Shown: positions 56,929-64,000 of the stretch, piece after piece
How the letters are laid out: each line of letters starts with the position of its first letter
Position numbering within the stretch: the stretch's first letter is position 1
Translations under genes and position numbers: made by a program
Notes under the pieces: model-generated
Databases searched by the model: none
Told to the model about the DNA's origin: nothing
Seen by the model: the letters and a program-made list of their open reading frames with translations, nothing else
Assembly (NCBI GenBank): GCA_965277805.1
Contig: OZ255842.1
Location: 5,152,001-5,216,000 of the forward strand
Reading direction: 5' to 3'
DNA: 64,000 nt
Source: Candidatus Lustribacter sp.
GTDB taxonomy: Bacteria > Vulcanimicrobiota > Vulcanimicrobiia > Vulcanimicrobiales > Vulcanimicrobiaceae

Positions 56929-57306
56929 ATGCTCTCCATTCCCGATATGGCGCTGCTCGGCGCCGCCGCCCTCATGTTCTTCGGACCCGAACAGCTTCCC
57001 AAGGTGGCGCGGAAGGTCGGGCTCTTGGTCCGCGACGTTCAGAACACGTCGCAGTCGTTCATCCGCGAGATGGAACGGGCCGCCGACGGCACCAATTACG
57101 GCCCGGATATTTCGCGCGCGCACCTGATCGAAGACCCGCTCGCGACGAACGCAACGCTGCCCTCATACGATGAACCATACGTCCATCCGTACGCAGCAGC
57201 CGAGCCCATCGCCGAGCCGCCCGTGCTCCCGGCGTCGCCGTATCACGACGTCATGCCGCCCCGCGCTGCAAACAGCACGGCCGGCGACCACGACCTTCCC
57301 CCTTAG
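56929..57306 (+). CDS. Twin-arginine translocase TatA/TatB family subunit
   Basis: TM + FGPEQLP hinge + amphipathic helix + long Pro-rich tail (TatB-like). Confidence 0.85.
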   Translation: MLSIPDMALLGAAALMFFGPEQLPKVARKVGLLVRDVQNTSQSFIREMERAADGTNYGPDISRAHLIEDPLATNATLPSYDEPYVHPYAAAEPIAEPPVLPASPYHDVMPPRAANSTAGDHDLPP

Positions 57307-57530
57307 AGGTTGAAGTTTTGGCGGATCTCGTTGATCCGCGATTCCAACAGACCGCGCACCTGGCGATGCAGGCGGTCCTTTTGCTCTTCCGGGAGGCGCT
57401 GATACACGAGGTACCCGGCCGCCGAAAGGATGCCGCCGAGAACGCCGACCATAACGGTGCGCCCCGCATCACCGGGATCGGGTGCGTTCTGGCCCGGATC
57501 GTTCGTCGGGGGTTTGGTCGAGTCGGTCAT
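57303..57530 (-). CDS. Small single-TM hypothetical protein
   Basis: MTDSTKPP..., one TM, helical C-terminus; GGAG RBS. Confidence 0.7.
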   Translation of the reverse strand: MTDSTKPPTNDPGQNAPDPGDAGRTVMVGVLGGILSAAGYLVYQRLPEEQKDRLHRQVRGLLESRINEIRQNFNL

Positions 57531-57577
57531 TGTTTGGGCTCCGTTCGACGCAACTCTACCCAAAAACTTCGCGCTCG

Positions 57578-57907
57578 TTACGCTTCTTGGCCGGTTCGCG
57601 CGCGCACGTGTTGTGGAAATTGCCGCCCGATCTGGGCGATCGCGAGCTCGGCCGTTGCGACGATCGCCTGCACGTCGATGCGGTCGCGTTCGGCTTCCGG
57701 CCAGCGCATCGCGAGCCGTCCGCCCGCACGTTCGCCTTCGACCTCAACGTGCGCGTGGTCGGTGAGCCCCACCCACGCGGCCTGAAGAATCGCCGAGGCC
57801 GCCGCGCAGATCACATCTTCGCCGGCGTCGGCCCAGCCGGCGTGACCCTCGGCAAAAACAGAGGACAGCCGATTGCGGCTGTCCCTGCGAAACGTCACCG
57901 TGACCAC
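57578..57907 (-). CDS. prp: Ribosomal-processing cysteine protease Prp
   Basis: GHAG...GEDVICAAAS catalytic His/Cys motif; directly downstream of rplU. Confidence 0.9.
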   Translation of the reverse strand: MVTVTFRRDSRNRLSSVFAEGHAGWADAGEDVICAAASAILQAAWVGLTDHAHVEVEGERAGGRLAMRWPEAERDRIDVQAIVATAELAIAQIGRQFPQHVRARTGQEA

Positions 57908-57911
57908 CGGA

Positions 57912-58229
57912 CTACACCGGCAGGGTGATTTTTTCGATCCGGATTTCCGCGAAGCGCTGGCGGTGACCGACGAGCTTGCGGACGCGCTTCTTCGGCTTGT
58001 ACTTGAAGACGAGGATCTTCTTGTCTTTGGCCTGGCGCAGGACCGTACCCGAGACGACGGCGCCGCTGACGATCGGCGTGCCGATGTTCACGGCGCTTCC
58101 GTTCGAGCTCAGAACCACGCGATCGAAGGTAACCGTGGAGCCGACTTCCTGGTCGATGAGGTCGGTGCGGATGACGTCGCCTTCGGCTACGCGCAGCTGC
58201 TTGCCGCCGGTCTCAATGATCGCGTACAT
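57912..58229 (-). CDS. rplU: 50S ribosomal protein L21
   Basis: MYAIIETGGKQ, KILVFKYKPKK...GHRQ. Confidence 0.97.
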   Translation of the reverse strand: MYAIIETGGKQLRVAEGDVIRTDLIDQEVGSTVTFDRVVLSSNGSAVNIGTPIVSGAVVSGTVLRQAKDKKILVFKYKPKKRVRKLVGHRQRFAEIRIEKITLPV

Positions 58230-58238
58230 AACCGCGGT

Positions 58239-58247
58239 ATTTTATCA
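58239..58247 (-). promoter_or_regulatory. Extended -10 promoter of rplU
   Basis: TGATAAAAT 9 nt upstream of the ATG. Confidence 0.6.
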
Positions 58248-58280
58248 GAACGGGGTGACCGAAGTCAATGAAACGCCCTC

Positions 58281-58356
58281 TGTCACCCCGAGCTTGTCGA
58301 GGGGCAGCCTCGATCGCTAACCTTGGTGGCGGCCCCTCGACAAGCTCGGGGTGACA
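58281..58356. repeat. Palindromic REP/MITE-like element (TGTCA...TGACA)
   Basis: Perfect 25-bp inverted repeat TGTCACCCCGAGCTTGTCGAGGGGC / GCCCCTCGACAAGCTCGGGGTGACA with a 26-nt spacer. Confidence 0.8.
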
Positions 58357-58412
58357 ACTGCCGCCGAGCGCCACGCGGAGGAGCCTTTTGGGAGGCGCCG
58401 CAAGGCCTGGAC

Positions 58413-59564
58413 ATGAGCACCGCAGCCGAGCCCAGCCTCGATGACCTCCGGGTCGACATCGTCGGGAGTTTTCTCCGTCCACCCGCTCTCAAGCGCGCCG
58501 CGGCGGCCTTCGCCGAGGGCGCGGACAACGCGGCCGAACTGCACGCCATCGAGGACACCGCGATCGCGGCGCTGATCGCGGAAGAAGAAGCGCACGGCCT
58601 GCCGATCGTTTCGGACGGTGAGTTCCGGCGTCGCCACTTCATGGAAAGCTTCGCCGACGTGGCCGGCACCGAGCCGTGGCGGGCCGAGCTCACGCGCGCG
58701 ATGGTCACCAAATCGCCCGAGAAGTCGGGCGCGGTCAAGGTGCTCGAGAAGGAGCACGGCAACGAGGTCCGCTGCCCCGTGACGCAGCGGCTCGAGCTCG
58801 TGCGCAACGCGCCGCTCGAGGAATACCGCTTCGCCGCAAGCCACGCGACGCGCCCGGCCACCGTTACGCTGATCGGGCCCGATCGCATCGGCCAGCGCTA
58901 CGCCTACGAACAATCGCTCGACGTGTATCCCGGCGGCCTCGATGAATTTCTCGGCGAGGTCGTCCGCGTCGAACGTGAGATCATCGGCGGTCTTGCAGCC
59001 GCGGGCTGCCGCTACGTGCACATGGACGCCCCCGGCTACACCGCGTACGTCGATGAAGATACGCTCGCCGCAATGCGCGGCCGCGGCGAAGATCCGGCGC
59101 AGAATCTCGAGCGCTCGATTCGCGCCGACAACGGCGTCGTGCGCGATTTCCCCGGCGTGACGTTCGGCGTCCATCTCTGCCGCGGCAACAGCCGCAGCCA
59201 GTGGCATCGTAAGGGCAGTTACGAAGCGATCGCGGAGAAGCTGTTCGGAAGCCTGGAGCACCAGCGCTTTTTGCTCGAGTACGACGACGAGCGTTCGGGT
59301 GGATTCGAACCGTTGCGTTTCGTGCCCAAGGGGAAAGTCGTCGTGCTGGGCTTGATCACGACCAAGCGCGGCGCGCTCGAATCGCCGGATGAGCTGATGC
59401 GGCGCATCGATGAGGCCGCCAAATATCTGCCGCTCGAACAACTCGCGCTCAGCCCGCAATGCGGCTTTGCGTCGGGGCTCGCCGGCAACCAGTTGACCGA
59501 AGACGAGCAATGGCGCAAAGTCGACCTGCTCGTCGAAACCGCACGCCGGGTTTGGGGAGGCTGA
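58413..59564 (+). CDS. Cobalamin-independent methionine synthase II family protein (single-barrel MetE/YxjG-like)
   Basis: DIVGSFLRP, SDGEFRR, VHLCRGN, LEYD, LSPQCGFAS. Confidence 0.9.
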   Translation: MSTAAEPSLDDLRVDIVGSFLRPPALKRAAAAFAEGADNAAELHAIEDTAIAALIAEEEAHGLPIVSDGEFRRRHFMESFADVAGTEPWRAELTRAMVTKSPEKSGAVKVLEKEHGNEVRCPVTQRLELVRNAPLEEYRFAASHATRPATVTLIGPDRIGQRYAYEQSLDVYPGGLDEFLGEVVRVEREIIGGLAAAGCRYVHMDAPGYTAYVDEDTLAAMRGRGEDPAQNLERSIRADNGVVRDFPGVTFGVHLCRGNSRSQWHRKGSYEAIAEKLFGSLEHQRFLLEYDDERSGGFEPLRFVPKGKVVVLGLITTKRGALESPDELMRRIDEAAKYLPLEQLALSPQCGFASGLAGNQLTEDEQWRKVDLLVETARRVWGG

Positions 59565-59568
59565 ACGA

Positions 59569-60528
59569 ATGAAACGTTTCGGATTCACGCTTGCAGTTGC
59601 GGCAACTGCAGTAGTGCTCGCCGTTCACGTCGCGCAGGGTCAGTCGGCGCTGACCGTGATACGCGCCGTCGGGCCGCCGAACGACGGCTATAAGGCCGTG
59701 TATTACGCGCAGAAGTCCGGCATCTTCAAGAAGTACGGCCTCGACGTGCAGACCTCGATCGTGGCCAGCGGCGCGGCCGCGGCTGCGGCGCTGAGCGGCG
59801 GCGCGGCCGATGTCGCCTACACCAATATTCTCACGCTGGTACAAGCCCACACGCACAACGTGCCGATGACGTTTGTCGCGCCCGGCAACCTGCAGGTCAC
59901 CGGCAAGTCGCAGACCGACATCCTTGTCTTATCCGACTCGCCGATCAAGAGCGGCAAGGATCTCCTCGGCAAGACGCTCGGCTCGGCATCGCTGCGTGAT
60001 ATCAACGCGGCGGCGAGCCTGGCCTGGATCGACAAGACCGGCGGCGATTCGAAAACGCTGAAGGTGGTCGAAGTGCCGGCCTCGGCGGGCGCCGCGTTTC
60101 TCGAAGAGCACCGCGCCGATGCGGTGACCCTCAACGAGCCGGCGGTCAGTTTAGCCGTTGCCACGGGCAAGATCCGTATTCTGGCCGCGCCCTACGATGC
60201 GGTCGGAACCGGCATGACGGCGGGCTTTGCAGCGATGGAGCCGTACGTCGCCGCGAACCGTGACGCAATGGATCGCTTCGCGAAAGCGATGCACGAGTCG
60301 TCGGTGTACACCAACGCGCACCCCGCCGATACCGTCGATATCGTTGCCGCGTACAGCGGCGTCGCTCCCGACGTCGTAGCGAAGAGCGTGCGCTTCAATG
60401 ACGCCGAGTATCTCGAGCCGCGCTACCTGCAGCCGATGATCGACCTGTGCGCGCGCTACCAGCTGATCGACAAAGACTTTCCCGCCGCCGAGGTGATCGC
60501 TAGCGTGGCAGTCAAACCGCCACGCTAA
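59569..60528 (+). CDS. ABC substrate-binding protein (SsuA/NMT1-like)
   Basis: Signal peptide, YAQKSGIFKKYGLDV, DLLGKTLG, EP. Confidence 0.85.
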   Translation: MKRFGFTLAVAATAVVLAVHVAQGQSALTVIRAVGPPNDGYKAVYYAQKSGIFKKYGLDVQTSIVASGAAAAAALSGGAADVAYTNILTLVQAHTHNVPMTFVAPGNLQVTGKSQTDILVLSDSPIKSGKDLLGKTLGSASLRDINAAASLAWIDKTGGDSKTLKVVEVPASAGAAFLEEHRADAVTLNEPAVSLAVATGKIRILAAPYDAVGTGMTAGFAAMEPYVAANRDAMDRFAKAMHESSVYTNAHPADTVDIVAAYSGVAPDVVAKSVRFNDAEYLEPRYLQPMIDLCARYQLIDKDFPAAEVIASVAVKPPR

Positions 60529-60537
60529 CGCGTCGAC

Positions 60538-60879
60538 TCACATCTCCATCTCGGGGAGAATTTCGATGAAGCCTTTGCGCGCCGCCGGGATCGTGGCGAC
60601 GAGTTTGGCGACGTCGTCGGCGTTCTTGCCCTTGAGTTTGTAGTAGCCCACCAGCGCTTCTTTGCGCGTCGGAAGCTGACCGTTCATGACCTCGGTCTTG
60701 CCGCCGACGACGCGCACCAGGCGCGAGCCGCTGGGATCGACCGGCGACCCGTCGACGAACGTGCCGTCGCCGCGAATTTTTTCGGTGAACGTGCCGTACT
60801 CGGCGTATTCCGCATTGCGTTCGGCGTCGGTCATGTTGAACGTCGCCGGATCCTGATAGAGCAGCACCATGTAGTCCAT
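60538..60879 (-). CDS. YciI/DGPF family protein
   Basis: MDYMVLLY...KEALVGYY...IPAARKGFIEILP. Confidence 0.75.
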   Translation of the reverse strand: MDYMVLLYQDPATFNMTDAERNAEYAEYGTFTEKIRGDGTFVDGSPVDPSGSRLVRVVGGKTEVMNGQLPTRKEALVGYYKLKGKNADDVAKLVATIPAARKGFIEILPEMEM

Positions 60880-60963
60880 TGCGATTCCCCTCGTGTCCCA
60901 GGTGCCGGCGACGTCAGCGCCCCCGGTCACACCAGAGACGAACGGGAATCGGAAAATCGACAG

Positions 60964-61806
60964 TTAGGCGGAGACGGCGGCGAGGTTTGCGATGGGGCCG
61001 TCGTCGAGCTGCAGGGTCAGGCACTTGGCCGAACCGCCCGACCGGATGAACTCGTCGAGTTCGGTGCAGAAGACGCGGTAGCCGGCGTCGTGCAGGCGTT
61101 CCTGGAGACGGCGGGTCGCGGAGTGCATCACGACCGCATCGTCGACCTCGACCGCGTTGGGCGCCATCGCCAGCGCGTCTTCGAGATCGATTTCGATCAG
61201 ATATTCGGGTTCGATCGCGCGGCGCAAGAGCGCTTGCGCGTGCGGCGAGAACGCGTCCATGTAGGCCATTACGTGGCCGCTCGAAAGCGGGCACAGCGCC
61301 TTGTCGAGGTGGAAGAAGCGCTCGTCGACCAGCAGCAGAGGCAGCACGCGGCAGCCGACGATCTCTTGCAGTTGCAAGGTCGCGTTGCGTTCGCTGCGCC
61401 AGCCGTAACCGACATAACATAGCGGCCGGACGCGGTCGAACATCGCGTCGCCCGCACCTTCGAAATACGTTTGCTGCAGAAAGGTCGTCGCGAGTCCGGC
61501 GCGCGTGAGCGCAGCGCGGAAGATGCCCTGTTCGCGGCGCCGCTCGGGGTGACGGAAGCTCGACACGATCGCCAGGTTGCCGCAGATCAAGCCCGCGTTG
61601 GCGGTGAAGACGAGGTCGGGAACGTGCTCGTTCGCTTCGAGGCGCACGAACTCGACCGCGCCGGCGCAGCCGAGCGTTTCGATGAAGCGATCCCATTGAC
61701 GCTGCGCGTTGGGCGCGGAATAGCCGACGTTCCGCGTCATCCAGGGATTGATGTCGTAGGTGACCGCGTAATGCGTAGGCGGGCACACCAGAAACCGCTT
61801 CGACAT
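60964..61806 (-). CDS. Guanidino-group-modifying enzyme (DDAH/amidinotransferase fold; ArgZ N-domain-like)
   Basis: INPWM, PDLVFTANAG, FEGAGD, FHLD, GGSAKCLT. Confidence 0.88.
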   Translation of the reverse strand: MSKRFLVCPPTHYAVTYDINPWMTRNVGYSAPNAQRQWDRFIETLGCAGAVEFVRLEANEHVPDLVFTANAGLICGNLAIVSSFRHPERRREQGIFRAALTRAGLATTFLQQTYFEGAGDAMFDRVRPLCYVGYGWRSERNATLQLQEIVGCRVLPLLLVDERFFHLDKALCPLSSGHVMAYMDAFSPHAQALLRRAIEPEYLIEIDLEDALAMAPNAVEVDDAVVMHSATRRLQERLHDAGYRVFCTELDEFIRSGGSAKCLTLQLDDGPIANLAAVSA

Positions 61807-61812
61807 GCCCCA

Positions 61813-61818
61813 ATGGTA
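61813..61818 (-). promoter_or_regulatory. -10 box, leaderless configuration
   Basis: TACCAT + 6 nt + ATG 61806 on the minus strand. Confidence 0.5.
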
Positions 61819-61926
61819 CCTTAGTCGTACGCGTGCGACATTCGACAAACGGTCAATCGTTTTCGGTGCGCGACGCCATCCGGCCGGGGAAGGTTCGTTT
61901 TCGCGCCGCCGAAGCAGACCACTTAT

Positions 61927-62370
61927 ATGAAGATGCTGCTCGCTGCCGTGACGCTTGCTCTAGTGATCGGGACCGGCGCCGCGTTTGCTGCCTCGCCGGC
62001 ACCGGCCGCGCAACCTGGGAAAGTAGGACAGAAAATGGAGACGCCGAGCGGGCTCGAGTACGTCGACGAGGTGATCGGTACGGGCGCCGAGCCGAAGACC
62101 GGTCAACACGTCACCGTGCACTACGTCGGTACGTTGACGAACGGCACCAAGTTCGATAGCTCGCGCGATCGCAACGAACCGTTCACGTTCGTGATCGGCG
62201 AGGGTGAGGTCATCAAGGGCTGGGATGAGGGCGTTGCCACGATGCGCGTGGGCGGCAAGCGCAAGTTGACGGTCCCGCCGCAGCTCGGTTACGGCTCGCA
62301 GGGCGCCGGCGGAGTAATCCCGCCGAACGCCACGCTGATCTTCGACGTCGAACTGCTGGGTGTTAAGTAG
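61927..62370 (+). CDS. FKBP-type peptidyl-prolyl cis-trans isomerase, exported
   Basis: [26 protein letters not shown]...[14 protein letters not shown]. Confidence 0.96.
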   Translation: MKMLLAAVTLALVIGTGAAFAASPAPAAQPGKVGQKMETPSGLEYVDEVIGTGAEPKTGQHVTVHYVGTLTNGTKFDSSRDRNEPFTFVIGEGEVIKGWDEGVATMRVGGKRKLTVPPQLGYGSQGAGGVIPPNATLIFDVELLGVK

Positions 62371-62421
62371 TGGATCGCTAAAGCGGTCCTTCGCGTTTGG
62401 GCTTTGCCCAAGCCGCCCGTT

Positions 62422-62727
62422 TTAACGTACGTCGATCGAGACGTCGTCGCCGTTCACGGTCACGGGGTAGACCGGTAACGGAGAGACGGCCGGCAGGGTC
62501 AGCGCCTTGCCGGTCGTGACGTCGAAGAACGCGCCGTGACGCGGGCACATGATGCGGCAGCCGTCGAGTTCGCCGCCGTCGAGCGCGCCGCCGTCGTGCG
62601 TGCAGACGTCTTCAACGGCGTACAGTTCGCCCGCGACGTTGCACAGCAGCACCGGGACCCCGTCGACCACGACCCGCTGCATCGAGCCGGGGGCGATCGC
62701 ACTCTTGTGTGCGACCGGTCCGCTCAC
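62422..62727 (-). CDS. Rieske-type ferredoxin (Suf-associated)
   Basis: CTH...CPRHGAFFDVTTG. Confidence 0.9.
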   Translation of the reverse strand: MSGPVAHKSAIAPGSMQRVVVDGVPVLLCNVAGELYAVEDVCTHDGGALDGGELDGCRIMCPRHGAFFDVTTGKALTLPAVSPLPVYPVTVNGDDVSIDVR

Positions 62728-63044
62728 TTCGCGTCGTCGCTCGAGTGGGTTTCGAAGACGTCCTGGCCGTTGCCGGCGTGATGCGCGGCGGGCGTGCGTT
62801 TCGGTGCCGGCGCCGGCGTGACGAGGTAACGGTCGACGATGCTGCCGTCGATGACGACCGGATACGACGTACCGTTACGATTGCCGTACCGGTGATGAGA
62901 GGTCGGCATCGGGTGCGGCCGCCGGACCGGCGGTATCGTACGCGTGTTCGGCGGTAGCGGCTGCTGGTTGACCGGCTGTGCCGATAGTGCTGCGGGCGCC
63001 GCAAAGAGCGCGCACGCAGCGAGAACGGCCCCGAGCGGGCGCAT
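62724..63044 (-). CDS. Small secreted Pro-rich hypothetical protein
   Basis: Signal peptide [27 protein letters not shown] and GTGA overlaps with its neighbours. Confidence 0.65.
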   Translation of the reverse strand: MRPLGAVLAACALFAAPAALSAQPVNQQPLPPNTRTIPPVRRPHPMPTSHHRYGNRNGTSYPVVIDGSIVDRYLVTPAPAPKRTPAAHHAGNGQDVFETHSSDDAK

Positions 63045-64000
63045 TAGCCGACCGAGCCTTCCATTTCCATCTTGATCAAACGGTTGAGTTCGACCGCGTA
63101 TTCCATCGGCAGTTCCTTGACGAAGAAGTCGAAGAACCCGTTGACGATCATGGCGGTCGCATCGGCTTCGCTCAAGCCGCGGCTCATCGCGTAGAAGAGC
63201 TGTTCTTCGCCGATCTTCGAAACCGAGGCTTCGTGTTCGACGGTCGAGTGCTGCTCGTCGATCTTCATCGTCGGCTTGGTATCCGATGACGAACGGTCGT
63301 CCATGATCAGCGCATCGCATTTGACGCGCGTCTTGGCGCCGACGGCACCCTTATGGATCTCGACCAGGCCGCGATACGTCGTCTTGCCGCCGTGTGCGGA
63401 GACCGACTTGTTCGTAACGACCGACGTCGTGTTCGGCGCACCGTGAATGACCTTCGCGCCGGCGTCCTGATGCTGGCCTTCGCCCGAAAACGCCGCCGAG
63501 AGGATCTCGCCGCGCGCGCCTTCGCCCATCAGATAGATCGCCGGGTACTTCATCGTAAGACGCGAGCCGATGTTGCCGTCGACCCATTCGACGGTCGCGT
63601 TCTTGTGCGCGACGGCGCGCTTCGTGACGAGGTTATAGATGTTCCGGTACCAGTTCTGAATCGTGGTGTACCGGATCGAGGCGCCTTCCATCGCGATCAG
63701 CTCGACGACGGCCGAGTGCAGCGACGAGGTGGAGAACTTCGGCGCCGTGCAGCCCTCGATGTAGTGAACCTTCGAGCCCTTGTCGGCGATGATCAGCGTG
63801 CGCTCGAACTGGCCCATGTTTTCCGTGTTGATGCGGAAGTAGGCCTGGAGCGGCATCTTCACTTCGACGCCCGGCGGCACGTAGACGAACGATCCGCCCG
63901 ACCACACGGCGCTGTTGAGCGCGGCGAACTTGTTGTCTTGGACCGGAATGACGGTCGCGAGATATTTCTGGACGATCTCGGGATACTGCTTGAGCGCGGT
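63044..64000 (-). CDS. sufB: Fe-S cluster assembly protein SufB (C-terminal part; runs off window end)
   Basis: [68 protein letters not shown]. Confidence 0.97.
   Translation of the reverse strand, partial: TALKQYPEIVQKYLATVIPVQDNKFAALNSAVWSGGSFVYVPPGVEVKMPLQAYFRINTENMGQFERTLIIADKGSKVHYIEGCTAPKFSTSSLHSAVVELIAMEGASIRYTTIQNWYRNIYNLVTKRAVAHKNATVEWVDGNIGSRLTMKYPAIYLMGEGARGEILSAAFSGEGQHQDAGAKVIHGAPNTTSVVTNKSVSAHGGKTTYRGLVEIHKGAVGAKTRVKCDALIMDDRSSSDTKPTMKIDEQHSTVEHEASVSKIGEEQLFYAMSRGLSEADATAMIVNGFFDFFVKELPMEYAVELNRLIKMEMEGSVG

Noticed and set aside
58281..58356. CRISPR repeat
   Set aside because: An inverted pair rather than direct repeats with spacers; no cas genes.
62371..62421. Intrinsic terminator between FKBP and ferredoxin
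   Set aside because: Only a short TTGGGC/GCCCAA stem without a convincing adjacent U-tract; too weak to call.

Overview
A high-GC bacterial chromosomal segment. Gene style and content suggest Vulcanimicrobiota/Eremiobacterota or a related Terrabacteria lineage (inference only). The minus strand carries a housekeeping backbone: sufB, rplU-prp, trmD, rplS-lepB-lepB-rbgA-rnhB-yraN, comM, dprA-rlmH-argS. Accessory blocks interrupt it: nrdR-dut-panE-HNH, an RND pump with a 150-aa low-complexity insert, an aromatic-catabolism cluster (Rieske oxygenase, IorAB-like Mo enzyme, VOC protein, CoA-transferase), an organosulfur cluster, a peptide ABC SBP-permease fusion broken by an in-frame TAG, a TetR islet, a sugar ABC transporter and three tandem sulfotransferase-like genes. 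The strongest candidates for undescribed systems are (i) two paralogous APC permeases with KimA/Kup-like motifs, a separately encoded membrane-anchored USP protein, a Ser/Thr kinase and a two-component pair (40.8-47.9 kb), and (ii) a diguanylate cyclase whose membrane input domain resembles the VUT/YhhQ queuosine-precursor transporter family (34.4-35.7 kb). No rRNA, tRNA, CRISPR array, integrase or transposase was recognised. All family assignments come from motif recognition by eye, not database searches.
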